This document shows positions 15,725 to 25,849 of a DNA stretch of 32,000 nt, one piece after another. The notes beneath the pieces are model-generated. The model was not told the DNA's origin. It made no database searches and was given only the letters and a program-made list of their open reading frames with translations. A program made the translations under genes and the position numbers. Origin of the DNA: Bdellovibrionales bacterium. Lineage in GTDB: Bacteria; Bdellovibrionota; Bdellovibrionia; Bdellovibrionales; UBA1609. Numbering within the stretch: position 1 is the first letter of the stretch; every line of letters begins with the position of its first letter. The stretch lies in NCBI GenBank assembly GCA_963692945.1, contig OY843585.1, positions 180,001 through 212,000 on the forward strand. Reading direction: 5' to 3'.

Positions 15725-17154
15725 TTTGTTGCATCCAACTTTTTCTTTAACAAACTGGAAAGCTTTTCAGGGTGAGCTTGACCTTTTGTTTCTTTCATAA
15801 TTTGACCAACAAAAAAACCAAAAATCTTTGTTCTTCCTCCCCTATAATCTTCTAGTTGTTTAGGATATTTAGACAATAATTCATCAATAAGTTTTTCTAG
15901 AGCACTGTCATCTGAAATTTGTTTAAAGTTTTTCTCTTCAATGATTTCTTGAGGAGTTTTTTTAGACTTCCACATAAGAATAAAAATCTCTTTTGCCATT
16001 TTGTTAGATATTGTTCCCTGATTCACAAACGAAATAAGTTCTGCAAAATGATTCGCAGAAATAGGGCATTGCTCTATACTGCAATGAGTCTCCTTTAAAA
16101 GAGCCTGCAATTCTCCTACAACCCAATGACTTACTATCTGAGGAGATTTTGTTTTAAAAACAATTTGTTCAAAATAATCAGCAAGATTCTTATCTTCCAC
16201 TAATAGATCAATCACTTTATCTTGAAGTTCATATTCTGTTTTAAATCGCCTTGCTTTTTCAAGAGGAAGTTCTGGAAGTTTTAAATTCTCTAAAATAGAT
16301 TTTTCAAAAGTAACAACAGGAAGGTCTGGTTCTGGAAAGTAACGATAATCACTCGCTCCTTCTTTAGAACGCATAGTTTGAGTTTGATTTTTTGTAGAAT
16401 CATAAAGACGGGTTTCCTGATAAATCATTTTGTCTGCTTCTAAACATTGTATTTGCCTATCTATTTCATAACTTAAAGCTTTTTCAATAAACCGAAAGGA
16501 ATTTATATTTTTTATCTCAACTTTTGTTCCAAGTTTTGTAGAACCCTTTTTTCTAAGACTTACATTGCAATCACATCTCAAAGAACCTTCTTCTAAATTT
16601 CCATCACAAACTTCTAGATAGCGTAAAGTTTTACGAATCGCTTTAGCACAAGCTGCAGCGGATTTAGAATCTCTAATATCTGGTTTTGTTACAATCTCTA
16701 AAAGTGGAACTCCTGCCCTATTAAAATTAACTAAAGTGGATGTCCCCTTATGTAAAGAACGACCAGCGTCTTCTTCCATATGAATCCTTTCTAGAAAAAC
16801 AGTATGGAGTTTATCCTCTAAATAATACTCCACCTTTCCTCCATCGCAAAAAGGCTTATCGTATTGAGAAACTTGATAACCTTTAGGAAGGTCAGGATAA
16901 AAATAATGTTTTCTAGAAAAAACATTTTTATTTTTTACAACACCATTAAAAGCTTTAGCCGTTTTTAATGCCCAATAAAAAGCTTGTTTGTTTAAAACGG
17001 GTAATGTCCCTGGATGTCCTAAACTGACTGAACTGATTTGATTGTTTTCACCTTCATTAAATTGAGCTCCATCAGAAGAAAACATTTTACTGTTTGTTTT
17101 CAGCTGAGCATGAATTTCTAACCCTATAACAGGTTCCCAATCTTTAAAATCCAT
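15721..17154 (-). CDS. gatB: Asp/Glu-tRNA(Asn/Gln) amidotransferase subunit B
   Basis: VIGLEIHAQL N-terminus, CDCNVSLR, YFPEPDLP, and a C-terminal GatB/YqeY-like tail. Follows gatC-gatA. Confidence 0.92.
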   Translation of the reverse strand: MDFKDWEPVIGLEIHAQLKTNSKMFSSDGAQFNEGENNQISSVSLGHPGTLPVLNKQAFYWALKTAKAFNGVVKNKNVFSRKHYFYPDLPKGYQVSQYDKPFCDGGKVEYYLEDKLHTVFLERIHMEEDAGRSLHKGTSTLVNFNRAGVPLLEIVTKPDIRDSKSAAACAKAIRKTLRYLEVCDGNLEEGSLRCDCNVSLRKKGSTKLGTKVEIKNINSFRFIEKALSYEIDRQIQCLEADKMIYQETRLYDSTKNQTQTMRSKEGASDYRYFPEPDLPVVTFEKSILENLKLPELPLEKARRFKTEYELQDKVIDLLVEDKNLADYFEQIVFKTKSPQIVSHWVVGELQALLKETHCSIEQCPISANHFAELISFVNQGTISNKMAKEIFILMWKSKKTPQEIIEEKNFKQISDDSALEKLIDELLSKYPKQLEDYRGGRTKIFGFFVGQIMKETKGQAHPEKLSSLLKKKLDATN

Positions 17155-18580
17155 CTGGCTTCTCCTTATAAAGCTGAAGTTCTTCTTCTAAAGATTTTGC
17201 AATATTCAAAATATTTTGTTCTTTAAATGCAGGAGCAATCAACTGAGCTCCTATAGGAAGATTTTGCTTTGACAAATGAACAGGTAAGCTAAGAGCAGGA
17301 AGTCCTGTGAGATTAGCAAAAACTGTAAACTGATCGTTGAGATAGTTTTTAAGAATATTTACATCTTCTTTCACTTTTGGAGCTGTATTTGTAGAAACGG
17401 GACATAAAATAGCATCACAGGTTTTAAAAATTTCCATAAATTCTTGTTGAATCAAATACCGCACCTGACAGGCTTTATGAAAATACTCCTCATAATATCC
17501 TGTAGAAAGACAAAAAGTTCCCATAAGAATACGACGCTTAACCTCTAAACCAAAACCCTCAGAGCGATTGAAACCATAAAAATCTTTTAAATCTTTTGGA
17601 GACTTCTTACTTCTAAAACCATAACGAACTCCATCATAGCGAGACAAATTGCTACTGGCTTCGGATGTAGAAATTAAGTAATACACAGACGCTCCATAAT
17701 CTAAAAAAGGCCATTTTTTTTCTATCAACTCACAACCTCTTTCTTTTAAAACTTTTAAAACTTTTTCTTGAGACTCTAAAATCTCTGGATGGATATCCTC
17801 ATTTTCTTGAAAGACATTAAAGTAAGCCACTTTCATTCCCTTAACTTGAGAATTCAATTGTTTATGAAATTGTGTAGGAGCGAGATCCGCTGTTGTGGAA
17901 TCTTTAGGGTCGTAACCTGTAATCGCATCTAATATCAAAGCCCCATCTTCCACTGTATGAGTCAAAGGGCCTGCTTGATCCAAACTGGAAGCATAAGAAA
18001 TCATGCCATAACGACTGATACGACCATAAGTGGGTTTGATTCCCACAAGATTACAATAATGTGCTGGCAAACGAATAGACCCTCCTGTATCTGTTCCAAG
18101 AGCACCTGCACAAAGATGAGCCGCAACAGCACTTGCACTTCCACTGCTAGAACCTCCAGCAACACAAGATAAGTCCCAAGGATTTTTTGTAACTCCATAA
18201 TGAGAGTTTTTCCCTGCTGAACCCATAGCAAATTCATCATTATTACACTTGCCTAAAATAAAAGCTCCAGCTTGCTCTAACCTTTCTATAACTGTAGCAG
18301 AATAAGGTGGCACATAATCTCCTAACATTTTAGAAGCTGCTGTTGTCTTTAGTCCTTTGGTACAAAACATATCTTTAATACCCAAAGGCACTCCTCCTAA
18401 AAGACCTTGTGGTTTGAAAGTGTCTATTTTCTTTAATCCTTTTTCATTCAGTCTTAAAAAAGCATTCAGACTAGGATTGTGTTTATCTATTTGTTTGAGA
18501 TAAAAATTTACAACTTCTTTAAAAGAAACCTCTTTTTTTCTAATCGCTTTTACAATATCTGAAAGAGTGAATAGATCCAT
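17144..18580 (-). CDS. gatA: Glu-tRNA(Gln) amidotransferase subunit A
   Basis: Amidase signature GGSSSGSASAVAA..GTDTGGSIRLPA and GIKDMF. 478 aa. Confidence 0.92.
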   Translation of the reverse strand: MDLFTLSDIVKAIRKKEVSFKEVVNFYLKQIDKHNPSLNAFLRLNEKGLKKIDTFKPQGLLGGVPLGIKDMFCTKGLKTTAASKMLGDYVPPYSATVIERLEQAGAFILGKCNNDEFAMGSAGKNSHYGVTKNPWDLSCVAGGSSSGSASAVAAHLCAGALGTDTGGSIRLPAHYCNLVGIKPTYGRISRYGMISYASSLDQAGPLTHTVEDGALILDAITGYDPKDSTTADLAPTQFHKQLNSQVKGMKVAYFNVFQENEDIHPEILESQEKVLKVLKERGCELIEKKWPFLDYGASVYYLISTSEASSNLSRYDGVRYGFRSKKSPKDLKDFYGFNRSEGFGLEVKRRILMGTFCLSTGYYEEYFHKACQVRYLIQQEFMEIFKTCDAILCPVSTNTAPKVKEDVNILKNYLNDQFTVFANLTGLPALSLPVHLSKQNLPIGAQLIAPAFKEQNILNIAKSLEEELQLYKEKPDGF

Positions 18581-18583
18581 GAT

Positions 18584-18868
18584 TTATATAACAGGAGGAA
18601 CTTTAAAAAGATTTCCTTGTCTTTCTGGAGCTTGATCTAAAAGATCTTGTTTCTCAGGAGAGTCAATAACCTTATCTTCCCTCAATTTCAAGGTAGGATT
18701 AAAAGGACTTATTAAAGGTGGAACATTTTTCGTATCAATCTTCTTGATATTTTGAAAATAAGAAAGGGTTTTTTTCAAATAATCTAGAAGTTGCTCTTTT
18801 TCTGCCTCACTCAAATGGAGAGCTGCCAAAAGAGCAATATTGTCTAACAATTTGTTTTCTATTTTCAT
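18584..18868 (-). CDS. gatC: Asp/Glu-tRNA amidotransferase subunit C
   Basis: 94 aa, position immediately upstream of gatA, typical LREDKV and C-terminal FKVPPVI. Confidence 0.85.
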   Translation of the reverse strand: MKIENKLLDNIALLAALHLSEAEKEQLLDYLKKTLSYFQNIKKIDTKNVPPLISPFNPTLKLREDKVIDSPEKQDLLDQAPERQGNLFKVPPVI

Positions 18869-18958
18869 AAATAGCCTTTCTTTTAATAGGATTTTTAAAT
18901 CATACTTGATTGAAAAGCAATAAGATTTAATAATGAAGAAAAAACTTGCAGAAAATGT

Positions 18959-21016
18959 ATGAGTAAAGAAATCTTTAACAAAATTCAGGATTTAAAAAAG
19001 CAAATTCTCCACCATGATCGCCTTTATTATAATTTTGACCAACCTCAAATTTCTGACCATGATTATGATCTCCTTTATAAGAAATTAAAAGACCTTGAAG
19101 ATAAACACCCTGCATTTAAAACAAAAGATTCCCCCACTCAGAAGGTTCCGGGGGAGGCTTTAGATAAATTCAAAAAAGAAGCTCATAGTCAAATGATGTT
19201 GTCTTTACAAAATAGCTATTCTAAACAAGAAATAAAAGATTTTTATGAAAGAATGAAAAAACTTTTAGATATAGATTCTCCTGAATTTTTTATGGAACCT
19301 AAACTGGATGGAGTTGCAGTAGAACTCATTTATGAAAAAGGTTTTTTGACAAAGGCTCTTTCCAGAGGGGATGGAAAAGTAGGAGAAAATATAACTCAAA
19401 ATATAAAAACGATTCGTGGGGTTCCTCTTCAGCTAAACCCGATGAAAACAAGCTCACAAAAAACACCTTCTCTTTTAGAAGTAAGGGGTGAAGTTATTAT
19501 CTTAAAAAAAGATTTTAAAACTATAAATAAGCAACAAGAAGAATTAGGAGAATCTTTATTTGCTAATCCTCGCAATCTGGCCTCAGGGTCTCTAAGACAA
19601 CTCGATTCTAAAGTGACTTTAAAAAGACCGCTTTATTTTTATGCTCATAGCCTTGGTTCTTCTAAAAATTTTTCTGTTACGAATCAAAAAGATTTTATGG
19701 AAGCTTTAAAAAATCTTTCCTTACCCTGTCTTTTAACTAGTAAGAAAAAATTAAAATCACCTTATTTATCGCAACTATCTAATTCCCTACATCATCTTTT
19801 AAAATACTACGATGAAATAAATAAACTCCGTCATTCCTTACCTTTTGAGATTGATGGCATTGTTTTAAAAATCAATTCTTTTGAGCAGCAAAAACGACTC
19901 GGTCAGACAGCCCGAAGCCCTAGGTGGGCTATTGCTGGAAAATTTCACCCTGAAGAAGCCATCACTCAGATTGAAGATATTGTTTTACAAGTTGGACGAA
20001 CAGGCGTTATAACACCTGTTGCCGTCATGAAACCTGTTTCTTTATCCGGTGTCACTATTCGTCAAGCCAGTCTTCATAATTTTAAAGAGATGTCTAGAAA
20101 AGACATTCGCCCAAAAGACTTTGTTGTGATTCATAGAGCGGGTGATGTTATTCCTGAAGTTTTAAAATCTCTAAAAGAAAAACGAAATAAAAATTCAAAA
20201 CCATTTAAAGATCCTAAAAATTGTCCAAATTGTAAAGAACCACTCCAACAAGATGGAGACTATCTAAGATGTAAAAACATTCTTTGCTCAGCCATCCGAG
20301 AACGATCTTTGATTCATTTTGCTTCAAAAGGAGCCATGAATATAGAATTTCTTGGAGAAAAAAATATCAAAAAATTTCATGAATGGGGATGGCTAACCAA
20401 TTTTTCTTCTTTTTATGATCTTCCAAATAAAGATCTAACTCAACAAGAAGGTTTCGGAGAAAAATCTTTTGAACTTCTTGTTAAAAGCTTAGAGAAAAGT
20501 AAAAAAACCACTCTTTCCAAAGTTATTTTTGCACTTGGAATTCCACATGTTGGAGAACAAACGGCTCAAAAACTTGCTGAAAAAGTATTAGAAAAACTCT
20601 CAAATAAATCTTGCAATCTCCATGCAGCCCTTTCTATTTTACAAAATCTAAAAGAAGAAGAACTGACAGAAATTTCAGATATAGGAATTGTCGTTGCAGC
20701 CTCTTTAAGAGATGCTTTTCAAAATAAAAAATTGATAGCCGATTTAAAAAATCTACACAAAAAAGGCATTTACTTTGTAGAAGAAAAAAAGACGACACAA
20801 TTAAAAGGACTGCAATTTGTGATTACAGGAACTTTTCCTCTGGATAGGAAAGACATTAAAAAAAGCATTGAACAAAAAGGAGGTAAAGTTTCTTCTCAAG
20901 TCAGCAAAAAAACAAATCACTTGCTTGTAGGAAAAAACCCTGGCTCCAAAAAACAAAAAGCAGAGAAATTAAATATTTCTCAGATTAATTGGAATGAATT
21001 TAAAAAACTTACTTAA
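18959..21016 (+). CDS. ligA: NAD-dependent DNA ligase
   Basis: Adenylation motif MEPKLDGVAVEL (KxDG), Zn finger CPNC..C..C, HhH region, and a C-terminal BRCT (FVITGTF..GGKVSSQVSKKTNHLLVG). Confidence 0.93.
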   Translation: MSKEIFNKIQDLKKQILHHDRLYYNFDQPQISDHDYDLLYKKLKDLEDKHPAFKTKDSPTQKVPGEALDKFKKEAHSQMMLSLQNSYSKQEIKDFYERMKKLLDIDSPEFFMEPKLDGVAVELIYEKGFLTKALSRGDGKVGENITQNIKTIRGVPLQLNPMKTSSQKTPSLLEVRGEVIILKKDFKTINKQQEELGESLFANPRNLASGSLRQLDSKVTLKRPLYFYAHSLGSSKNFSVTNQKDFMEALKNLSLPCLLTSKKKLKSPYLSQLSNSLHHLLKYYDEINKLRHSLPFEIDGIVLKINSFEQQKRLGQTARSPRWAIAGKFHPEEAITQIEDIVLQVGRTGVITPVAVMKPVSLSGVTIRQASLHNFKEMSRKDIRPKDFVVIHRAGDVIPEVLKSLKEKRNKNSKPFKDPKNCPNCKEPLQQDGDYLRCKNILCSAIRERSLIHFASKGAMNIEFLGEKNIKKFHEWGWLTNFSSFYDLPNKDLTQQEGFGEKSFELLVKSLEKSKKTTLSKVIFALGIPHVGEQTAQKLAEKVLEKLSNKSCNLHAALSILQNLKEEELTEISDIGIVVAASLRDAFQNKKLIADLKNLHKKGIYFVEEKKTTQLKGLQFVITGTFPLDRKDIKKSIEQKGGKVSSQVSKKTNHLLVGKNPGSKKQKAEKLNISQINWNEFKKLT

Positions 21017-21018
21017 AT

Positions 21019-21240
21019 TTAAAGATCTTTTGAAGAATCTAACAAAGCACTCAATTTAGGAATATGAACGGGCTTCACTGTTTTTAAATTATCAGCAACA
21101 ACATGGTTACTGATCTGATCACAAAGAATATTAAAAAACACTTCTATTTCTTTTTCTAAAACAGTCATAGCTTCTTCAGATGTTCTTACCCCTTTTTCTT
21201 TAAAAAGTTTTTTTATTTTTTTATTAACTATTAATGACAT
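21019..21240 (-). CDS. small histone-fold-like (DUF1931 / bacterial histone-like) protein
   Basis: 73 aa with SD GGAGAGG. From memory, IVNKKIKKLFKEKGVRTSEEAMTVLEKEIE...LKTVKPVHI resembles the Bdellovibrio histone Bd0055 / DUF1931 pattern (basic N-terminal helix, long central helix, KTV..DI-type L2-alpha3). Needs an HMM search. Confidence 0.5.
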   Translation of the reverse strand: MSLIVNKKIKKLFKEKGVRTSEEAMTVLEKEIEVFFNILCDQISNHVVADNLKTVKPVHIPKLSALLDSSKDL

Positions 21241-21264
21241 TTAAACCTCTCCTTATTCTATACA

Positions 21265-21480
21265 TTATCTTTTACCCGTAGATTTACCTCTCGGTGTTCT
21301 CTTCCTTCTTTTATTTACATTTTTTGTTTCTAAAAAAGATAGTAATTTATCATATTTACCACTTTCAAGACTTTTTGAAACATTATGAGAACAGTTTTCA
21401 CTCACTGAAGGGGAAGATGATTTTGCAAAAGCAACACCTGTAAATAAAAATAAACCACCGATAAATATTAATATTTTCAC
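21265..21480 (-). CDS. small secreted protein with strongly basic C-terminus
   Basis: GTG start 7 nt after GGGAGG. Signal peptide MKILIFIGGLFLFTGVAFA. C-terminal KRRKRTPRGKSTGKR. Confidence 0.55.
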   Translation of the reverse strand: MKILIFIGGLFLFTGVAFAKSSSPSVSENCSHNVSKSLESGKYDKLLSFLETKNVNKRRKRTPRGKSTGKR

Positions 21481-21574
21481 TTTTAAACCTCCCTATTTTT
21501 CTTATTATAAAATGAAATCCTTCAAATAATAAAATATTTTTTCCTTTTTATCTCATTTTGAAACACATCCATTT

Positions 21575-22690
21575 TTATTTACGAATTTTATAGTGGATAG
21601 AAATAGATGTGTTGGACTTTATTTTCCCTTTAAATATAACCTTTTTACCATCTATAGACCAAGGAATCTCTTGAGATTGACCAAAATCTACATGAACACT
21701 TTCTACAATAGGCAATTCATCTAAAACCAGACTATTTTCTAAATTTATTTTTATATGTTTTGAGATTTTTTCTAATTGAGTTCCATAATCTTCACTACAA
21801 ATATCAATATTGTCACCATTTGTAAGAGTAGAGAGTTCTCCAATAATTTTTCCTAACCGTGCCGTCTTATTTCGTCTTTGTCTTTCCTCTTCTTTGATTC
21901 GACAAGTTTCATCTTTCACTAAAATACTAAAGTTTATAAATTTTTTCTTAAGACCTTGAAAAACATCATTAAAAGTATCTACAACCTCTTGAGCCTTTGT
22001 AGCGCGTTTAGAATCTTCAAATCGTTCTTCGTCATTGGTTATAATAAGAGTTACTAAATCGGCTTTAGGACGAAAAAAAGAATTGTTATCTAACCGTTGT
22101 CTCTCAAGAGCCGATTTTAATGATCTTAAAGGTTGCTCTAATCCACCACTACAATAAGGAGGCCGTTCACAATTTAGTTCAGGAGAGTGGGACAAAGTGT
22201 GGTAGAAAGTATTTTCATAGTTCACCGTTTGTTTATTTAATATTTTTTCTTTCAAAACTTTTTGTCCGTTATCAAGTGGCATTAAAGCACCAAATTTAAA
22301 AGGTGAACCCAAGTGATCTTTCCATTGCTGTTGCAAACGACTCTCCATAGAAACATGATCGCCATGATCTACACTTGTGAAAGCAATTTGCCAATCATAG
22401 TCTTGTATAACAGATAAAAGATGAGAAAGAGATTTCCCTAATTTATCCAAATGGTGATACATAGATTTAGAAGAATCCACTAATAAAAGAATATCCACTA
22501 AAGGTTTTTGAGACCCTTTTAAAATAAAATCTTCTTTTTTCTCATAATAAGGAAGCTCTGGTGGTTTCTCCTTTTTTTCCACTACACTGGGTAAAGCAAC
22601 TTCTTCTTCAAAGGATAAATCTTGAAAATGAATTTGCGAACAAGAAAGAAAATAAAATGAACAAATGATTAGGGATAAGAAATTCTTCAT
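21575..22690 (-). CDS. VWA-domain lipoprotein
   Basis: Lipobox FYFLSCS. MIDAS-type motif VDILLLVDSSKSM (DxSxS) and a later ITNDEE. 371 aa. Confidence 0.7.
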   Translation of the reverse strand: MKNFLSLIICSFYFLSCSQIHFQDLSFEEEVALPSVVEKKEKPPELPYYEKKEDFILKGSQKPLVDILLLVDSSKSMYHHLDKLGKSLSHLLSVIQDYDWQIAFTSVDHGDHVSMESRLQQQWKDHLGSPFKFGALMPLDNGQKVLKEKILNKQTVNYENTFYHTLSHSPELNCERPPYCSGGLEQPLRSLKSALERQRLDNNSFFRPKADLVTLIITNDEERFEDSKRATKAQEVVDTFNDVFQGLKKKFINFSILVKDETCRIKEEERQRRNKTARLGKIIGELSTLTNGDNIDICSEDYGTQLEKISKHIKINLENSLVLDELPIVESVHVDFGQSQEIPWSIDGKKVIFKGKIKSNTSISIHYKIRK

Positions 22691-22709
22691 ACTTTACTCC
22701 TCGGTCTTT

Positions 22710-23036
22710 TCACAACTGATTTTTAGCCTGTTCTTTTTTTTTATTGGTTTCATAAGGTAACTCTATCTTTTGAGTCCATTTTTCTATCTTAGGGAGAATT
22801 TCACTAGATATCTTACGCTGGATATTTTTTGCTTTAGGATCCGTTTTAACCCCTCTTATTGTTTTTATACTATCTTCACTCACTTGATTCAAAACCTTTG
22901 TTACAAAAAAAACCTTGCTTCTTTTAACCAAGTAATATTCTAAAGTTTTTCCATCAAATTTAATTTGAAGAATAAAAACAATAACAAAAGCAGACATCAA
23001 TCGTATTCCAAAAGAAATAAGCCGAAATAAAATCAT
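22710..23036 (-). CDS. small N-terminally anchored membrane protein
   Basis: 108 aa with one N-terminal TM. Tightly packed between the receiver gene and the VWA gene. Confidence 0.55.
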   Translation of the reverse strand: MILFRLISFGIRLMSAFVIVFILQIKFDGKTLEYYLVKRSKVFFVTKVLNQVSEDSIKTIRGVKTDPKAKNIQRKISSEILPKIEKWTQKIELPYETNKKKEQAKNQL

Positions 23037-23038
23037 AT

Positions 23039-23416
23039 CTAAGCGGCTCCTGCTTTTTCTATAGATTGGATGAGTCTTTCCTCATCTAAAGGTTTAAATA
23101 AAAAATCAAAACAACCTGTTTCTAAAGCTTTAGAAACAATATGCTCTTCTGTCAGACTAGAACAGACAATGACAGGAGTGTTTGCATGTTGCTTTTTCAC
23201 TTGGGAGATAAATTTTAAAGTGTCTTGCTCTGGCATGACAAGATCTAAAAAAATAACATCGGGTTGTTTTTCTTCTATAAGAAGGAAGGCCTCTTCAATT
23301 TGATCCGTTTTACCCACAACAACAAAACAATGTTTTTCCAGTAATGTGGTTAAGCTTTCACGAAAAAGATGATTATCATCTACTATTAAAATTTTTATAT
23401 ATCTTGTTTGAGACAT
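23039..23416 (-). CDS. stand-alone CheY-like response regulator receiver
   Basis: ILIVDDN, phospho-acceptor context DVIFLDLVMP, conserved FLFKP. 125 aa with no output domain. Confidence 0.85.
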   Translation of the reverse strand: MSQTRYIKILIVDDNHLFRESLTTLLEKHCFVVVGKTDQIEEAFLLIEEKQPDVIFLDLVMPEQDTLKFISQVKKQHANTPVIVCSSLTEEHIVSKALETGCFDFLFKPLDEERLIQSIEKAGAA

Positions 23417-23538
23417 TATCTTATTAGTTTACTTCTGTTTTTGGGGTTTTTGTTGAAAAAAGTAAAAAAGTCTAATCTAAAGGCTGAACTTTTTAAGATT
23501 TTTATAGATTCTCCTATTTCATAGGATGTTTTTTATAA

Positions 23539-23639
23539 GGAAAGTCCTTTAGAAAACAACTAAAACTTTTAAACCTTAAAAATCAATTTTTCAGGCATTT
23601 TGGGAAAGTCCTTTAGAAAACAACTAAAACTTTTAAACC
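23539..23639. repeat. two 37-nt perfect direct repeats spaced 64 nt apart
   Basis: GGAAAGTCCTTTAGAAAACAACTAAAACTTTTAAACC occurs at 23539-23575 and 23603-23639. Located between the groEL terminator and the receiver gene start. Confidence 0.8.
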
Positions 23640-23643
23640 CTAT

Positions 23644-23675
23644 AAAAAAAGCCCAAACAAATGTTTGGGCTTTTT
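23644..23675 (-). terminator. intrinsic terminator of groES-groEL
   Basis: GCCCAAAC-AAAT-GTTTGGGC (23651-23670), flanked by A7 and T5. On the minus strand the stem is followed by T7. Lies 64 nt after the groEL stop. Confidence 0.8.
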
Positions 23676-23738
23676 AGTTCACTTTTTTAGAAAAAGTAAT
23701 CTTTATCTACAGAAGAATCCTCTTCTTATAGAAAGGGA

Positions 23739-25388
<1,650 letters not shown>

Positions 25389-25430
25389 CTACCTCCGGTT
25401 TTTTTTGAGTTGTTGATTTTTGTTAATAAA

Positions 25431-25724
25431 TTAATTGTATACCCCGTAAATATCTTCTTCTCTCATCATAAGGTATTCATCCCCTTCCATTTTAAATTCT
25501 GTTCCAGCATACTTTCCAAAAAGAACAGTATCACCTGGTTTGATTTCCAAAGGTAAAACTTTACCTTCATCATTCACTCTTCCTTTTCCTGTAGAAACAA
25601 CTTTTCCTTTAACAGGTTTTTCTTTAGCTGTTTCAGGGATAATAATTCCTCCTGCTGTTTTACTTTCTTGAGCAAGACGTTTCACAATGATTCGATCATG
25701 TAAGGGTCTTATATTTACTGACAT
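25431..25724 (-). CDS. groS: co-chaperonin GroES
   Basis: [25 protein letters not shown] mobile loop. 97 aa. SD AAGGAGG. Confidence 0.95.
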   Translation of the reverse strand: MSVNIRPLHDRIIVKRLAQESKTAGGIIIPETAKEKPVKGKVVSTGKGRVNDEGKVLPLEIKPGDTVLFGKYAGTEFKMEGDEYLMMREEDIYGVYN

Positions 25725-25735
25725 TATTTACCTCC

Positions 25736-25784
25736 TTAGTTAATAAAGTATTAACTAATTAGAGACTTATTTTTATAAAGTCAA
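25736..25784 (-). promoter_or_regulatory. candidate groESL promoter with overlapping perfect 10-3-10 palindrome (putative operator, not canonical CIRCE)
   Basis: On the minus strand: TTGACT (25784-25779), 17 nt, TAATTA (25761-25756). The palindrome TTAGTTAATA-AAG-TATTAACTAA at 25736-25758 overlaps the -10 and ends 1 nt from the SD. Confidence 0.4.
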
Positions 25785-25810
25785 GTCTTTCACAAAAAAA
25801 GCCGTAAATA

Positions 25811-25826
25811 CAAGGTTTTAACCTTG
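25811..25826 (-). terminator. weak hairpin downstream of uvrA
   Basis: CAAGGTT-(TT)-AACCTTG. On the minus strand a T7 run follows only after about 10 nt, so terminator function is doubtful. Confidence 0.25.
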
Positions 25827-25849
25827 ATATTTTTTAAAAGGAGATGCCA

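Noticed and set aside
17957-18240. ORFs 17957-18172 (+) and 18001-18240 (-) inside gatA.
   Set aside because: They are embedded in the amidase-signature region of gatA in other frames, with no independent support.
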